Shown here: piece by piece, positions 9,628 through 22,762 of the stretch
Numbering within the stretch: the first letter of the stretch is position 1
Layout: each line of letters begins with the position of its first letter
Assembly: GCA_003693705.1 (NCBI GenBank)
Contig: RBZT01000767.1
Location: 1 to 32,773 of the forward strand
Direction: 5' to 3'
From: Polymyxa betae A26-41
Taxonomy: Eukaryota > Protista > Endomyxa: Phytomyxea
Length of the DNA: 32,773 nt
Translations under genes and position numbers: made by a program
Notes under the pieces: generated by a model
Seen by the model: only the letters and a program-made list of their open reading frames with translations
Told to the model about the DNA's origin: nothing
The model's database searches: none

Positions 9628-10400
9628 ATCGCGATCGTGACCTTCACGACACCGATCACCAATCCGATATCAACCAGCGGCACTGTCTGCAGCCGTTTCC
9701 AGAACGATTGCGAAGCGGTCTGGATCAGTACGGCATGCATGTAGAGAAGCGATGGTGGCCGCCAACACGATAACTTGATGGGAGAGATCGCCCATAGAAG
9801 AGCTTCAGAGGCGTCGCGGGTGTCTTTCACTCCGGAAATCGGCTCGGACCAGGTACGACCAGGCCAGTCTGTCGATTATGAGAATGCCCTGATCAGCGAC
9901 GAGTTTGGCGTCAACCAAAGCTGTATCATTTATGCTGGAAGTGTTATTAAGCTGGACCATCATAGCCTGAACTTCTCCCAAAAGCAGACATCCGAACTGA
10001 TAGAAAGTCCCAAAATCGTCAAAACCGATGAAAATCGATGATGCGAATTCGCAGTGATTGACAAAGTGTTTTGTAAGAAGACGTCTATAGAGGGCGTTTC
10101 CATCAGCAAAAATTTATCATGGCAGGATATGGGCTGTTCATAGCATGTGGGAGAGTACGACTCACCCGGACAGCAAGTAGGCTCATGTTGGGATCACACG
10201 AGGTCGTCTGCTGTTCGAGATATCCTTCTGCTGACAATCACACTTAATATTTACGGCCATTGTTAATATACAGACGGCGTCAATAGGAGGCAGGGCGCCT
10301 AGATAGTTTCAGAAGCTGGTTGGATTCAGCCTAAACCATCAAGTACATACTCGATCGGACCGGAAGATATTTGATTCTCTGCAAAAGATTATGCTGAAGT
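9628..10400 (-). pseudogene. Decayed, 3'-truncated paralog of the 5369-6980 PA/multi-TM gene
   Basis: LYMHAVLIQTASQSFWKRLQTVPLVDIGLVIG aligns by eye with IYMHTVLILATSPSFMKRMKSLSLVHVALLIG. The reverse complement of 10135-10225 resembles 5561-5655 at nucleotide level. Many frameshifts; 5' boundary approximate. Confidence 0.8.
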
Positions 10401-11861
10401 ACCGGGGACAATTAAACAATTGATCAACATCGAAAGTAAATGAAATGGTCTGGGTGATTACAGTGCTGATTTCTTTCCCGATTGTTTGTCTGTGATCGCA
10501 GATTTTTTCATATGGCGCTGTTTATTCACGCAGCTTTCCCGATCTTTTCCTGATTTTTGTGCGTGGCTTAATATTCTATTTGCGCGCATTTTTCTTCCAA
10601 GAGCACTATTGCCTGTTCGCCTTCACAGTTTATGAACTTGTCAGTCTCAAGGCTCGGGCGGTTTGCAGCCGGAGCTCTTCTGAAAACTTGGCCTAATTGG
10701 AGTACATATGCTGTATGCAGCAATGCTAATTAATGGGAGCCAGTAATTTTGCAGAGGCGGGTGGCACTCCATTAACTGCCTAGACCCTACATCAGGCAGT
10801 TTATCACTATGGCAGGGCGATTGTTGCACACTGCAGCCAGATGGATCCATAGCATATCTTGTAGAAAGTTCAGATGCATCACTATAATAAAGTCGAATTT
10901 GATGATAAAGACATTTGTAAACATTCAGACAAGAATGACGCGCTTAAAGAAAGCAGCTGAAAAAGTACAGATAACAGTTGCGAAAATGGAGCTTCTATCA
11001 ATTGAATTTAACACAAAATTTTAATCCGAAGTTGGCTGGTATTCTTCGCTCTCAGCTTACTGATTTCTTCAAAGACTTTGAAGAGCCGGTTCAATTACGG
11101 ATGCTCTAATCCATACCGTGATTAATTTGCGAAATTGAATCCTGGAGCATTTCAAAGCTAATTAAGGAGGTATGGCAACTTTATCGCCGGTGTGTCATCA
11201 ACAAAGCTTCAGAACAAAGTATTATTAATCAAGTCAAGACGTCACTGTTTTCGAATTCCTCACTGATGCAAATCGTGGGCGGATTTGATCGCATTCAGCA
11301 GTCTGTGCCCACCAAGCGACGGCGCAAACAAGCTGAATGTTATTGCTAATGACTCTTTGCTACAGGAAGCGTTCAGTACACTTACGACATATGCAAACTG
11401 GCTTCTTCACGAAAAGAGTACTCAGCCTCTCATATACTTGTAAGAATTGGCCTTCTAGATTTAGAAAAAGTTTGTGAGCCACAAAGACCACCCGGAGCAC
11501 CTGATCAAGACAAACATCTTAACATGAATACGCAGGGAATATCACACTTATATATAACACGTAATTATAGCAAAGCCTAGATGTGAAACATTGCATCAGC
11601 TATATCAAGATGAATCACAGAAGCTGGAACAAAAATGAGACATACAATCTTGCAAGAATGGGAAATCGATTCACGAATAAGATGTCAGTTCAAAGTGTTC
11701 CACGATAGTCAAAACCCCTGGAAATGGTAGGTTACAGAAACAGGCATTATATTGATTAAAATAGAAATCTCAAAGGAGAAAACAGGAAAGGCGGTTTTCT
11801 TTGCCACCAAAGATGGGTTCTTGAGCTAAACTATATATGACTGCCACACATCCAATTTCAT

Positions 11862-13144
<1,283 letters not shown>

Positions 13145-14679
13145 CTAGATCTTCCATCTTCCCAAGACGACGTTGCTGAAAGCAATTTCAGATGATATGA
13201 TGAATCTAGTAATCGTGTAGCTAGGTGCAGAAAAACGTTCTGATTTGATATGAAGTAAACCCTCTTATTGGTCAAAACGGGAATATCTTGCAGATAATCT
13301 TATGGTGGCGAATGGTGTCTGTCGTGATGATGCAGAACGCCTGACTGCCACCCGTCGTAGTTCCCCCAGTCAAGATCGCCTTCAACACGACGGTGTTATT
13401 CAGCCATGAGAGAAAACTAAGAGAGATCAGGTAGCCTATGCAGGAAGGCTTCACTGTTTTCAAGATACAGTAACGTAATAATGCAACGTAATTCGCATGA
13501 TAAACTTTTTAGCCTGAGAGCCACCAAAACATTTAGTATCACGACAGAAGTGAATGGCAGTATCACTGGATGCAAGAACGAACAACCTTGGCAGTTATTT
13601 CATATTGGACGTTGACTGGCAATTTCTCTGTATTCGAACTCGTGTAAACCAGGGGCAGCCGAAACTTCAATTCAATGAATAAATTGGAATGGAATTCAGC
13701 AAGGTTGTTGATGTCAACGGGCGTTTCTGTGTCCGTAGCACAAGATCTGAGGTACGACGGCTTTTCACCTTAATGCCTCACGAGCTCCTGCTCCCGTTTT
13801 CAGACCTGGAATTTTCCCACACTTCAATCCAGTGGTATTTTTGCAGCAGATCTGAGGGCTGCTGCTGTTGCTATGACGGATTTGAGATGTTTGTTGCTGC
13901 TTGTGCTGCAGTTGTTGTAGATATAGACGATCATTGAAATTATAAGATGTTGCAGTGCCACGTCGAACCATAGCTCTAAGGGATGTTCTCTCTAAATAAA
14001 CCCCAAGTCCAAAATCTATCGCCACTTCAAGATCTCGAAACAGAAGTTATCAGGATATGAGCGTTGATTATTCAATGGGCGTACTTCAACTATACACTGA
14101 ATTCAGCCTATGAAGAGGTCGGCTACGAGTATGTTTTGCTTGTTCTGAAAGCTCGACGACATCGATTAAGAGCGGATGTGAATCGCCAACAGTTAGGGTT
14201 AGGGTTTGAAGGCCATCCATTGATTGCGATGTCCCTGCTATCAGAAAGTTCCAATTTTGGGGTTCGATCAGCGGGAAATTGCGTGCGGAATGAATCCTGG
14301 TCCCTGGATGATCAGTGACTCGCTGAAGTTGTACTGGCCCCCCGGCCCCCAAGGGCCCTGGTCAGTGAAATCCGGTGCCCGAAATCTCAAGCCATAAAAC
14401 AATGGTGGCGGTGTATTGCTTTAAGCGTGGCCAAGCCCAATGCCGAGCTGACCAGTCGGGAGGATAATGCGAGACAGCTCGGCACCCGGAGGCCATACTG
14501 GCCCACCATCTACTAGCTACGGTTTCCTGGAGAGACTGAAGCGTGCGCACATCGCTAGTTTATTAGCTGGCATTTGTTATGATACAGATGATAACGACGA
14601 TTGAAAGAGCTGAATGCCATCCAGACCTCGTATTTGTCAGTCCGAATCATTGGGTCCTTCCAGCAACCAGAATCGATTT

Positions 14680-14890
14680 TTCTGGCATCTCTCTCTGCAT
14701 CGATAGCTTATACAGCCTTTTCATGTGAAGGAGGAGGTGGCCTTATAGATGACTTTGGCAGCTCTGTTCAACCTCATCATCGGGTTTGTTCTGTATAATC
14801 AAATCCTTATAAGAGGCGCGTCTCAGCTTCGATATCAAACATTCCAGAAAATACAATAAAAAGGAACTAAAAACCAGAATCATTGGCAAA
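14680..14890 (-). pseudogene. Decayed paralog of the PPxY gene at 16477-16711
   Basis: Reads ...FLECLI...PDDEVEQ / PKSSIRPPPPSHEKAV*AIDAER versus LECLCD...LDDDVGQPPKTGARPPPPSYEEVVKAIEAER. Frameshift and in-frame TAA. Confidence 0.7.
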
Positions 14891-16476
14891 CGGCGATAGA
14901 GGAGGGCAGGATTCAAGACAGTTAGGCAAAAGAGGGCGATTTAGCTCGAAGGATCTGATCTTTAAGATTGTACGATATGGATTGATCAAGATGAGATAAT
15001 GACAACAATGACTAATCATACTGGCCCCCCACGGGTCCCAGCCTCAGGCATCCAGTGATCAGATTCCCAGCAGAGAGATATCGTCGTCTTGTTGACTACC
15101 AGTTCCTCATTCCGCCTTAAGCTCAGCCAAGGCCATTACCAGAATCACGAGTTCTATGATCGTGTTGGTCATCGCCGAGTATAGAGCGCGCAGGAATCTG
15201 GCTAGATCGGAAGCAAGACGAAGGGCCAGTTTGACGACGAGCAGCCACACAGCGTGATCCGGAACCGAGACATCGCCTTCAATCAATAAAGGATCAGATA
15301 CACGTAATGTAATGCTTAAATACATCTCGTATATTGAGATATTGATATATTGCAGACGAAATTAATGAGAAATCGATATAAGAAAGCTGTAAAGAGCTGA
15401 TTGTTAGCCTGAGCTCGTACCGGTACTCGTCTGCTTGTATGATTGTTGGCGTTTCCGGATCAGAATCACTTTGTCGCATTATTCTCTGCATTAATAGCTG
15501 ATACAGCTTCTACATAAGTTGGAGGCTCTGGAGTTTTGTTGTCTTCCGGCGGTGGGTTGTTAGAATGACAGCAAAGCCAAAGACAGGCAAAGAGCTATCA
15601 AGCTATGAGCAGGTATCAGTCATTAAGCACAACATCGTCATACCTCACAACAAACCTCTAAACAGCAGATTACGAAGTCGACGTCCCTGCTTGAACTTGA
15701 TAGAGCCATCCTCGGCCGTGGCATGTGTCCAGACAACGTCTCTCAATAAAAGTTTTTTGCAATCTGGATTGATCCGCAGATCAACCTTCGGAGAAGACAG
15801 GACACTCATAGACCCTGAAGGCTCCCAAGGGCTCCGCAGTCCCCGTGCCCAATCGGATCCGATGGTCGACGTCCAGACCAGCAAAGAATGAGCTGTTGGT
15901 CGGCCTTCTTGCGGCTTCCAAAGTAGACGACGACAGACGGAGACGATGGACGACCCGTTCCTATCCGGGGCTGTACTGGCCCCGATCAAGTGAACGTCCA
16001 GGATTATGTTGTCCCGTTGCACGTGATCACATAAGAATAGTCACCGGCGGCAATCAACGGTAACCCTGGACCTTATGTAAAGCGATCTTGGAGCTCGAAC
16101 TGTGCCGGCTTTTTGCTTTTGAATTTCTATTCATTAGATGAATTGGTCAAAGATGGGATCGCTGTCTTATAGCTACATTGGCGCTGCTGCCTGTTCGACT
16201 GCTAACCTCTATTCCCTTCAGACCGTACCAATACAATTTGTTAGGAAACAGTTTGCAGATGTGGTGCATTTCGCGGCGTCCTATGACAAACTGCATCAAG
16301 CTCTATGGTAATACGGAACTAAAGCCACTTAGAAACTAATTTATACATCTCGTAAACTAACATTTGCATCTGCTATGATGCTGACGAATAATAAAATTAC
16401 TTAACAGGTTGATTGCAACAACTAATTGTTAACCGTCCCGCTTTCATCTAAACCATTGCCCATCATGGGGCTTCTT

Positions 16477-16711
16477 TCAGGCAGAGGCACGTCTTTCTGC
16501 TTCAATAGCCTTCACCACCTCTTCATAGGAAGGAGGAGGTGGTCTTGCACCCGTCTTGGGAGGCTGCCCGACATCATCATCAAGTGAATCCTACATAACC
16601 AAATCTAAGCTCCAAGAAACTTGGCCTTAGCACCGATCATACATCGCATAAACATTCTAAACATGAAAATATGACAGAAAAGCACAGAAACGGGCCCCAT
16701 TCGTTCGACAT
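16477..16711 (-). CDS. Small Cys-rich membrane-anchored PPxY protein A (60 aa); exons 16711-16643, 16590-16477
   Basis: MSNEWGPFLCFSVIFSCLECLCD|DSLDDDVGQPPKTGARPPPPSYEEVVKAIEAERRASA*. 52-nt GTATG...TAG intron. TATAAAAAG about 30 nt upstream of the ATG. Not in the ORF track. Confidence 0.72.
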
Positions 16712-17340
16712 GAGAAAGCTGACGTCCTCGGCCTCTTTTTATAAGATTATGAGGGCAAAGGCGACAGAGTGGCGACGATATCATTCACACGCATGAGCAA
16801 GGAACACAGATTTCAGTTTTATGCGCAGTTAGTTCAGGCAAATGCAAATTTGATGATGAAAGTCTGCGAGAGGGTAACTAACAGCCAACATCGGAGCTAG
16901 GACCGAGCCTCCGAAGTGGGTCCCGCCTATATCACGCGGCGACTGATGAAACTCCCAAGGGCTGTCTTCGGACCACATAACTTTGATCCGTTTGGAGTGT
17001 CTTTACGTATGGACGCCGGGCTCTGTTTGCGTCGAAGACAAGACATGGAATGGCAAACAAATCGTGCAGCTACTTTGCGACAATGGACAGACAGTCTGTT
17101 ATGGTGAAACCGTCTGTCGTTGATTGATACAAACTGGATAAATCTTAAATGAAATCGTCACACTAATCGTACGTGTGTAAGCAGAGACATCTATTGATTT
17201 TCCAGCCCGGGTTCATTCAGCCAACTGTTTATTCTGTTCAATTGCTGGCGACGATTGGACAATCTGCAACTTCTTGAATGCACTTTTGTATCAATATATA
17301 ATTAGATAGGCATTTGCAATAATAATCGAAGCATAATGGT

Positions 17341-17765
17341 TCAGGCATGGCGGCCGAGTCGCATAGCTTCTTCGTAATTAGGAGGTGGTGGAATGGATAC
17401 AGAAACCTGATGATGCCTTTCATCGCTTGAGTAATGATGATTTCGAGCCTGTTGGGCATAAACAGGCAGTCCATAATTAGTTGGACTAGGTTGCTGCTCA
17501 TAATTCATTTGCTGATGACGAGACGGTTGCTGATGAGAACAGTGAACAATAGCAGGCGTCTCATCTGTTTGAAGCACCTAATAAACTGTTATTGATAGAT
17601 TCGCCTTAATAAAAAAAATGTAAGATAAAGTGCAAAAGCGAGACCGACCTCCTCTCTCGAGCAGCAGCACCAACGTATACACCTCCACAGCATCCATAGC
17701 ACTAGAATATCGAAGGCAAGGATGAAGATTCCTGTAGAAACCTGTGCTGCGTGGTCACCGGCCAT
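17341..17765 (-). CDS. Single-pass Cys-rich PPxY protein B (117 aa); exons 17765-17649, 17577-17341
   Basis: MAGDHAAQVSTGIFILAFDILVLWMLWRCIRWCCCSREE|VLQTDETPAIVHC...PPPPNYEEAMRLGRHA*. Phase-0 GT-AG intron. Confidence 0.8.
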
Positions 17766-17802
17766 GGCTCGGCTGCACTAAAGGATCTCGTTTAGTCGGA
17801 AA

Positions 17803-18166
17803 TGAAGATGGAGTTGGACCAAATCTGCGACTGCGCACTTTTGAAAATCTCGACTAAATAATCCGCATTAATCAGTTTACGATTAATTCACGGATCAAAA
17901 AGCGAGATTTTGCCGTTAAGGGTGTGTTGAGTCGCTGCCAAATTTCAGGCTGCGCGCCTCGGTCTTCAAAAGGTCTGATCTTTCTAGAAAGTGAAGACGA
18001 TGGAGTTTGACCAAATCTGCGACTGCGCACTTTTAAAACACTCAACTAAAATAATCCGCAACCCGCATTAAAACGGATCAGAAAGCGAGATTTTGCCATT
18101 GTTTGGTCGTGATGAGTCTCATGTTTGGCTGCCAAATTTCAGGCAGGGCGTCGACTCGGTCTTCAT
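17803..18166. repeat. Two diverged ~170-bp direct repeats upstream of gene B
   Basis: GATGGAGTT.GACCAAATCTGCGACTGCGCACTTTT...AAAGCGAGATTTTGCC...GCTGCCAAATTTCAGGC...CTCGGTCTTCA at about 17803-17968 and 17992-18166. Confidence 0.9.
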
Positions 18167-18671
18167 GCTTCAGTGGTGCGTTTGACGTTCGCGAATAAGA
18201 ATGGGTCTAGCTGTAGCACGACGGGAATTATCAAGGACACTGCCCTACGCTATTTTCGCCAAAATTTCGGGAGGGCGACGGGCTGGGAAGATTCCAGGAA
18301 GGTTGCCGTTCACTGAGCCAGCATCGATAGTGAATGTATTCGTCATGGAAGCGAATGCGATAACGATATGGTCAAGCCCATGATCGCAGTTCTATAGATT
18401 GAGTTGCAGGGCGAAGAATGGTGTACACAACATATCGCTCGTAATCACTGCCCCCGATCAGGTCGATTTTCCACTGAGATATGCAATTGTTTAGCTACGT
18501 TAATGAACTCCAGATCTGTGCTGGTCGTTGGAACTGCTGAAGGCAGAGTATTGAAAATCCAGGAAGAGCGTGACGCTCTGCCAGTGTACGTAAAGCACGA
18601 TAATAAAGCGTTTCTCGCATTGCCACCACCCGGCCTCAATGGAGCATAATACAGTGACATTTACGAGGCGT

Positions 18672-19016
18672 CTACACACGTGACGGCACGTTGTACTGAG
18701 GGGGGCGTACTTGCCCCCCGAATTCGTAACGAGAATCGGGGATTCTGGGCGGATAGGTAACTTGGGGTGGTAGTGGTGGATGTTGGGCGTTCTGTTGGCC
18801 GGAACATCGTATGATTACAGGACGCTCAATCCTCACTGTTCGTGTGACCTGTAAGGGCAAGAAGATCAGAGATGGATCGGGTGATGGTTGGGCGGCACGA
18901 ACCGTCTCGGTATAGCAGATGCAACATCGGCAATATTTCCAGATACACCAGAATATGACGACGTACAGGACGACGAGCAGCACAGCCCAGATTCCGGCCA
19001 GAGACGAGTCGGCCAT
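18672..19016 (-). CDS. Single-pass Cys-rich PPxY protein C (96 aa); exons 19016-18903, 18848-18672
   Basis: MADSSLAGIWAVLLVVLYVVIFWCIWKYCRCCICYTET|VTRTVRIERPVIIRC...VRPPQYNVPSRV*. A 54-nt in-frame GT...CAG intron is inferred at the family-conserved position. Confidence 0.8.
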   Translation of the reverse strand: MADSSLAGIWAVLLVVLYVVIFWCIWKYCRCCICYTETVRAAQPSPDPSLIFLPLQVTRTVRIERPVIIRCSGQQNAQHPPLPPQVTYPPRIPDSRYEFGGQVRPPQYNVPSRV

Positions 19017-19249
19017 TGTTACCTGGGCCAGATTGGCAATCCGATTCCTTTCCCGGCGTGACCCACAACCCGGGCCTCGGACTTCGGAACGTTCCAACCA
19101 AGATTGCACTGCAAATCGTTCCAGAAATAGCCAGCTCGAGGCCCGTCCTAGATGAGAGAGGAATCCGCAGTCGATCTTGGCTGTCTTTGCGCACGATCGG
19201 TGGCCCTTTATGTAGATTTGGGCTATAAATCCTTCGCTGTATCTTGAGC

Positions 19250-19647
19250 TACCTAAATCGGCAGAAATGTCGCATCAGTATATCGATAAGGAGATCCTTG
19301 ACGGCCAGGTCCACCCGCGCATTCCACGAGTTCACGACGATGGGCGACCGGGCCGGTACGACCTGAGAAGCCTGGGCTTCGAGTTCCGCCGCATCGACAG
19401 TCAATCAGTCGAATAAGCGGAATTGCAATGAGAAAGTTGTGGCTGGAACCTTACAAACCCTATCAAAAGCGATGGCCAGTACGGTTTGTAAGCGCCCGCT
19501 GTACCTGTTTGCGTTCAGCTTGCCTGCAGTGCTAGAAATGGAGTTTCCAGCAGACGATGGCTATCATGAAATCGTCAGCCGCCTCGCCCGAAGACGATGA
19601 CAATGATGAGTTCGAATGAGATGACGACGAGCTCTTAGCGCCCACTT
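19250..19647 (-). pseudogene. Decayed member of the PPxY family (resembles gene D)
   Basis: GTG GGC start context like gene D. Reads GAKSSSSSHSNSSLSSSSGEAADDFMIAIVCWKLHF*HCRQAERKQ|GTACAG donor, with a distal remnant PYRYTDA versus PPSYTDA. Confidence 0.5.
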
Positions 19648-20330
19648 CGGCTGGCTGAATCAACGATAATAGGGAATTGACGAGTTGGAATACCTATACG
19701 AAGACCCCGGAACCTGAACCACCCCTGAGAGACAATAAAGGTGTCGCTCCTCTTCAAAACCGAAAACTTATTATCTCTGTAAACTGTTAGTCTTGTCAAA
19801 ATAAAAAATTGAGAACTCGAGCCCGAATTGAGTCAGGATTAACCTTTAGGAGGAGTGCTTCAGATTTTTGATGAAATTCTGAACTCTTGTGTGCATGTTG
19901 ATGAAATGCCTCAAACATATTAGATAGCATGGTCCTGGCCACAACTCATACTTTACATTCTCCAATGAATTTAGAGATACTCTGTAGGTAGTATTGATAT
20001 TGGTAGAGAGGCCCTTCGGAGGTCACCGGGTCGGCTCCGCATCAAGCTCTTACAGCTCCGCAGCCACCTTCTACCAGTCTAGGGGGTTCCTCCGGAGAGC
20101 TCCGAAGTGTGATGACCCGTAACCAACATCATTGCCTATCGATCTGAAATATTTTTCGCCTTTGAGAAGGTTTTTGTCACTCAGTAGCTTTGTAGCATCC
20201 AAGTTGGTTCTAATATAAATCCAAGGTCAAGCCTGTGTGTTTTGAGATGAAGTGAACGCCTGACTTTGAAAGAAATTTGATGGGCTAAATCACATAATAG
20301 TGAAGCCTCCGTATAATCAATGAATAGACT

Positions 20331-20902
20331 TTATAATCCTACATGCCGTATAGCATCGGTATAGCTAGGAGGCGGTAACGGCTCCGTATCAGTTCTGTCT
20401 GGCACCGATACGACAGTATGCGAGGGGGCCGTCGGCCGTACTGGCTCTCCCGAACGGCGGTAACGTGCATCTTCGTAGCTGGGCTCATCATCGTAATACT
20501 GTTGATGGGTCTCGTACTGGTGGTAATACTGGCCCTGATGATGATGGTGATGCATCTCGTGTCCATGATGGCCGTGCTGACATGAGCATTGCAGCACGAC
20601 GGGTGTGGGAACCGCTTCGACGGTATCCTCGTCCTATTTTCATCAATCAATTAAATTTCATATCAGCATTATAAAACAGTTGAAAAGGGACCAGCACGTC
20701 CGTCCTGGTGGCCAAAACTCCCTACCTGACTGCAGACTGTTCGTTTACAGAAGATCCAGCAGCAGCACCCCCAGAATAGCAGGGAGACGACGACAGAGAT
20801 GGTAACGGCTTCCGAGGAGACAGAGCCGGGCGACGATGACGAACTCGAATACGACGAGCTCGAATACGAGTAGGAATCGGGCGAGTTGCTGTACGTGCCC
20901 AT
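20331..20902 (-). CDS. Single-pass Cys-rich, His/Tyr-rich PPxY protein D (159 aa); exons 20902-20726, 20633-20331
   Basis: Ser-rich N-terminus, TM AVTISVVVSLLFWGCCCWIFC, phase-0 intron, then PVVLQCSCQHGHHGH...EPSYEDARY...PPPSYTDAIRHVGL*. Confidence 0.83.
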
Positions 20903-21399
20903 CGCTGGCTTGCTGAATACAACGACTTCAAGAGACTGGGGAGCTGGACGAGACGAGTTGACCAATCACGTGATCACGTCGCCAAACCTCGGTCTACGGA
21001 AAGGAAAGTGCGCCACTTGGCAATTTGTGCGCACTTTTTTCTTTGAAACTTGTACGTACGTCTGTTTGGTTATTTTTGTCAGAGAGAAGTGAGCTCAAAT
21101 ATCCTTTCGAAACGTCGGAAGAAACGAGAGAGCTAGCATGACCTGTGCCAGAATATACCGCAGCAGCCTGAAAAGTGTTTGAGACCTGGCATTGCTGGGT
21201 GAAGTTAGAAATTGACATTAGGGAGAACAGGTTGAAGGATTTGTAGACTGATCTGTTAAGGATGCCTTAAGGCCAGATTTAAGCATCACTAAACCTCTCT
21301 CCAAATGGCTGATCTGATTTTTTTATATCGCTCGTTACATATACCTGCAAGAAGAAAAAACAGTTTCGATTCTTGTATGAAATTCGAGCGCCTTTGTGT

Positions 21400-22090
21400 A
21401 CTCTGTTTTATTGAATACTGACCGATTGATGTGGCCTGTTGCTGCCCAAACACTGAATGATGGAATCTTCTAATACTAGCATGCAGATACCTGGCTGACA
21501 AACAGGATATCGACCAGGAAGAGATATCGTCGATATAATACAAACGCAAAGTACAAAAGCTTGCAGTGGATAATGGGCATTCATAGTATGTAATAATGGT
21601 AGAATAACGTTTGAGACGATTCTGGATGCCGGACAGGAGCGGCTGCAGCGCAGCCATTCTCTAACAATCAGAAGGTTCCCTCTGCTACAGTCAGCTTCAT
21701 TCGGTTTCCATTCGTCTGGAAGGGATAAAAGACATGCTGCAATCAAGGTTAATCTGAAACCAATGACAGATAGGTATTTGGTTCATAGCAATATCGCCTA
21801 CATCTAGCAATTGCCCTAAAGAAAAATTGAAGCCACCCTCGGATCTGTGGGAATCTTATGCCAAGATACGAGCGCATCAGATATCCTGAATCCACTAAAC
21901 CGAAGCTTGCTTGTATATCTTGCTTGTATATGGTTATCCCACGCAATATCATGAAGTATTTTCTGAAAATGCCATTTTATTACAAAGGCATCGGATGCAG
22001 TTTGTCTGCATTGATTACGGAAGAGCACAGAGGATGTCTAGAATCTTGCAAGTGCCACTTTCTTTGGGCGAAGTTTTCGCACAGCTGCAT
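21400..22090 (-). pseudogene. Possible decayed ankyrin-repeat gene
   Basis: Ankyrin-like fragments in different frames (CSRGNLLIVREWL, ESGTCKILDILCALP, QASFGLVDSGYL). Many stops. Weak. Confidence 0.3.
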
Positions 22091-22100
22091 AATTTATCGC

Positions 22101-22762
22101 TCATACTTGCCTTATAACCTCATTGTAGCTCGGAGGCGCTGACAGCTTCGAATCGGGTCCTTCTGGTACCGGGATCACAGTATCTGGGGCTGTCGGGCGT
22201 ACGAACTCCCCAGAACGGTGGTAGCGCGCATCGTCATAGCTGGGCTCGTCGTACTGATCATACGTTTGCGGTGCCGTAGGGCGTACTGGCTCCCCATAAT
22301 CGTGATAGCGTGCATCGTCATAGTTTGGTTCGTCGTAATACGGCTCTTCATAGTATGGCTGCTGCTGGTACTGCTGCAGGGTATGATGCTGGTGGTGCTC
22401 GTGGCCGTGATGACAGTCATTGCAAGGGCAGTCCAGTACAATCGGTTCCTGGATCCGAATGACCTCATCCACGTCGTCTTCCTCGTCATCCTGCGGAATG
22501 TTCGTAAATCGATATCGAATGCGGATCTGAAACTTTCAAACAAGGACAAACGAGTGAAGAGAAGTTCGAATTTTACAACAACAAAATGAAAAGTCAGGAA
22601 TACCTGATTTCGGCGGGATGCACGCTTCCATATCCAATAGATCACGAATACCACAAAGAAAATGAACATCCAGATAACCCAGCTGCCGTCAGACGAGGAC
22701 CCCGACCTGGTGGTCGTGTGCGACCTAAACTTCTTGGAGCCGCCACCCCCTTTACGACCCAT
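22101..22762 (-). CDS. Single-pass His/Tyr-rich PPxY protein E (182 aa); exons 22762-22604, 22490-22101
   Basis: TM WVIWMFIFFVVFVIYWIW followed by KR, phase-0 intron, then PIVLDCPCNDCHHGH, a duplicated YDEP.YDDARYH..GE.VRPTAP block, and APPSYNEVIRQV*. Confidence 0.85.

Noticed and set aside
10449-10462. 14-bp match TCTGGGTGATTACA to 5322-5335, upstream of the PA/TM gene
   Set aside because: It has the wrong orientation for the inverted paralog; chance or a micro-inversion cannot be distinguished.
14332-15990. Recurring ACTGGCCCC motif (14333, 15020, 15975)
   Set aside because: Short, flanks do not align, and similar words occur inside coding exons.
13270-16070. Short ORFs between Rab2 and the PPxY array (e.g. 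13765-14025, 15107-15491, 15645-16022)
   Set aside because: No recognisable domain and no convincing spliced model; possibly decayed genes, but not supportable.
20013-20107. Small imperfect inverted repeat CTTCGGAG...CTCCGAAG as a MITE
   Set aside because: Only 8 bp are perfect, there is no TSD, and there is no second copy in the window.
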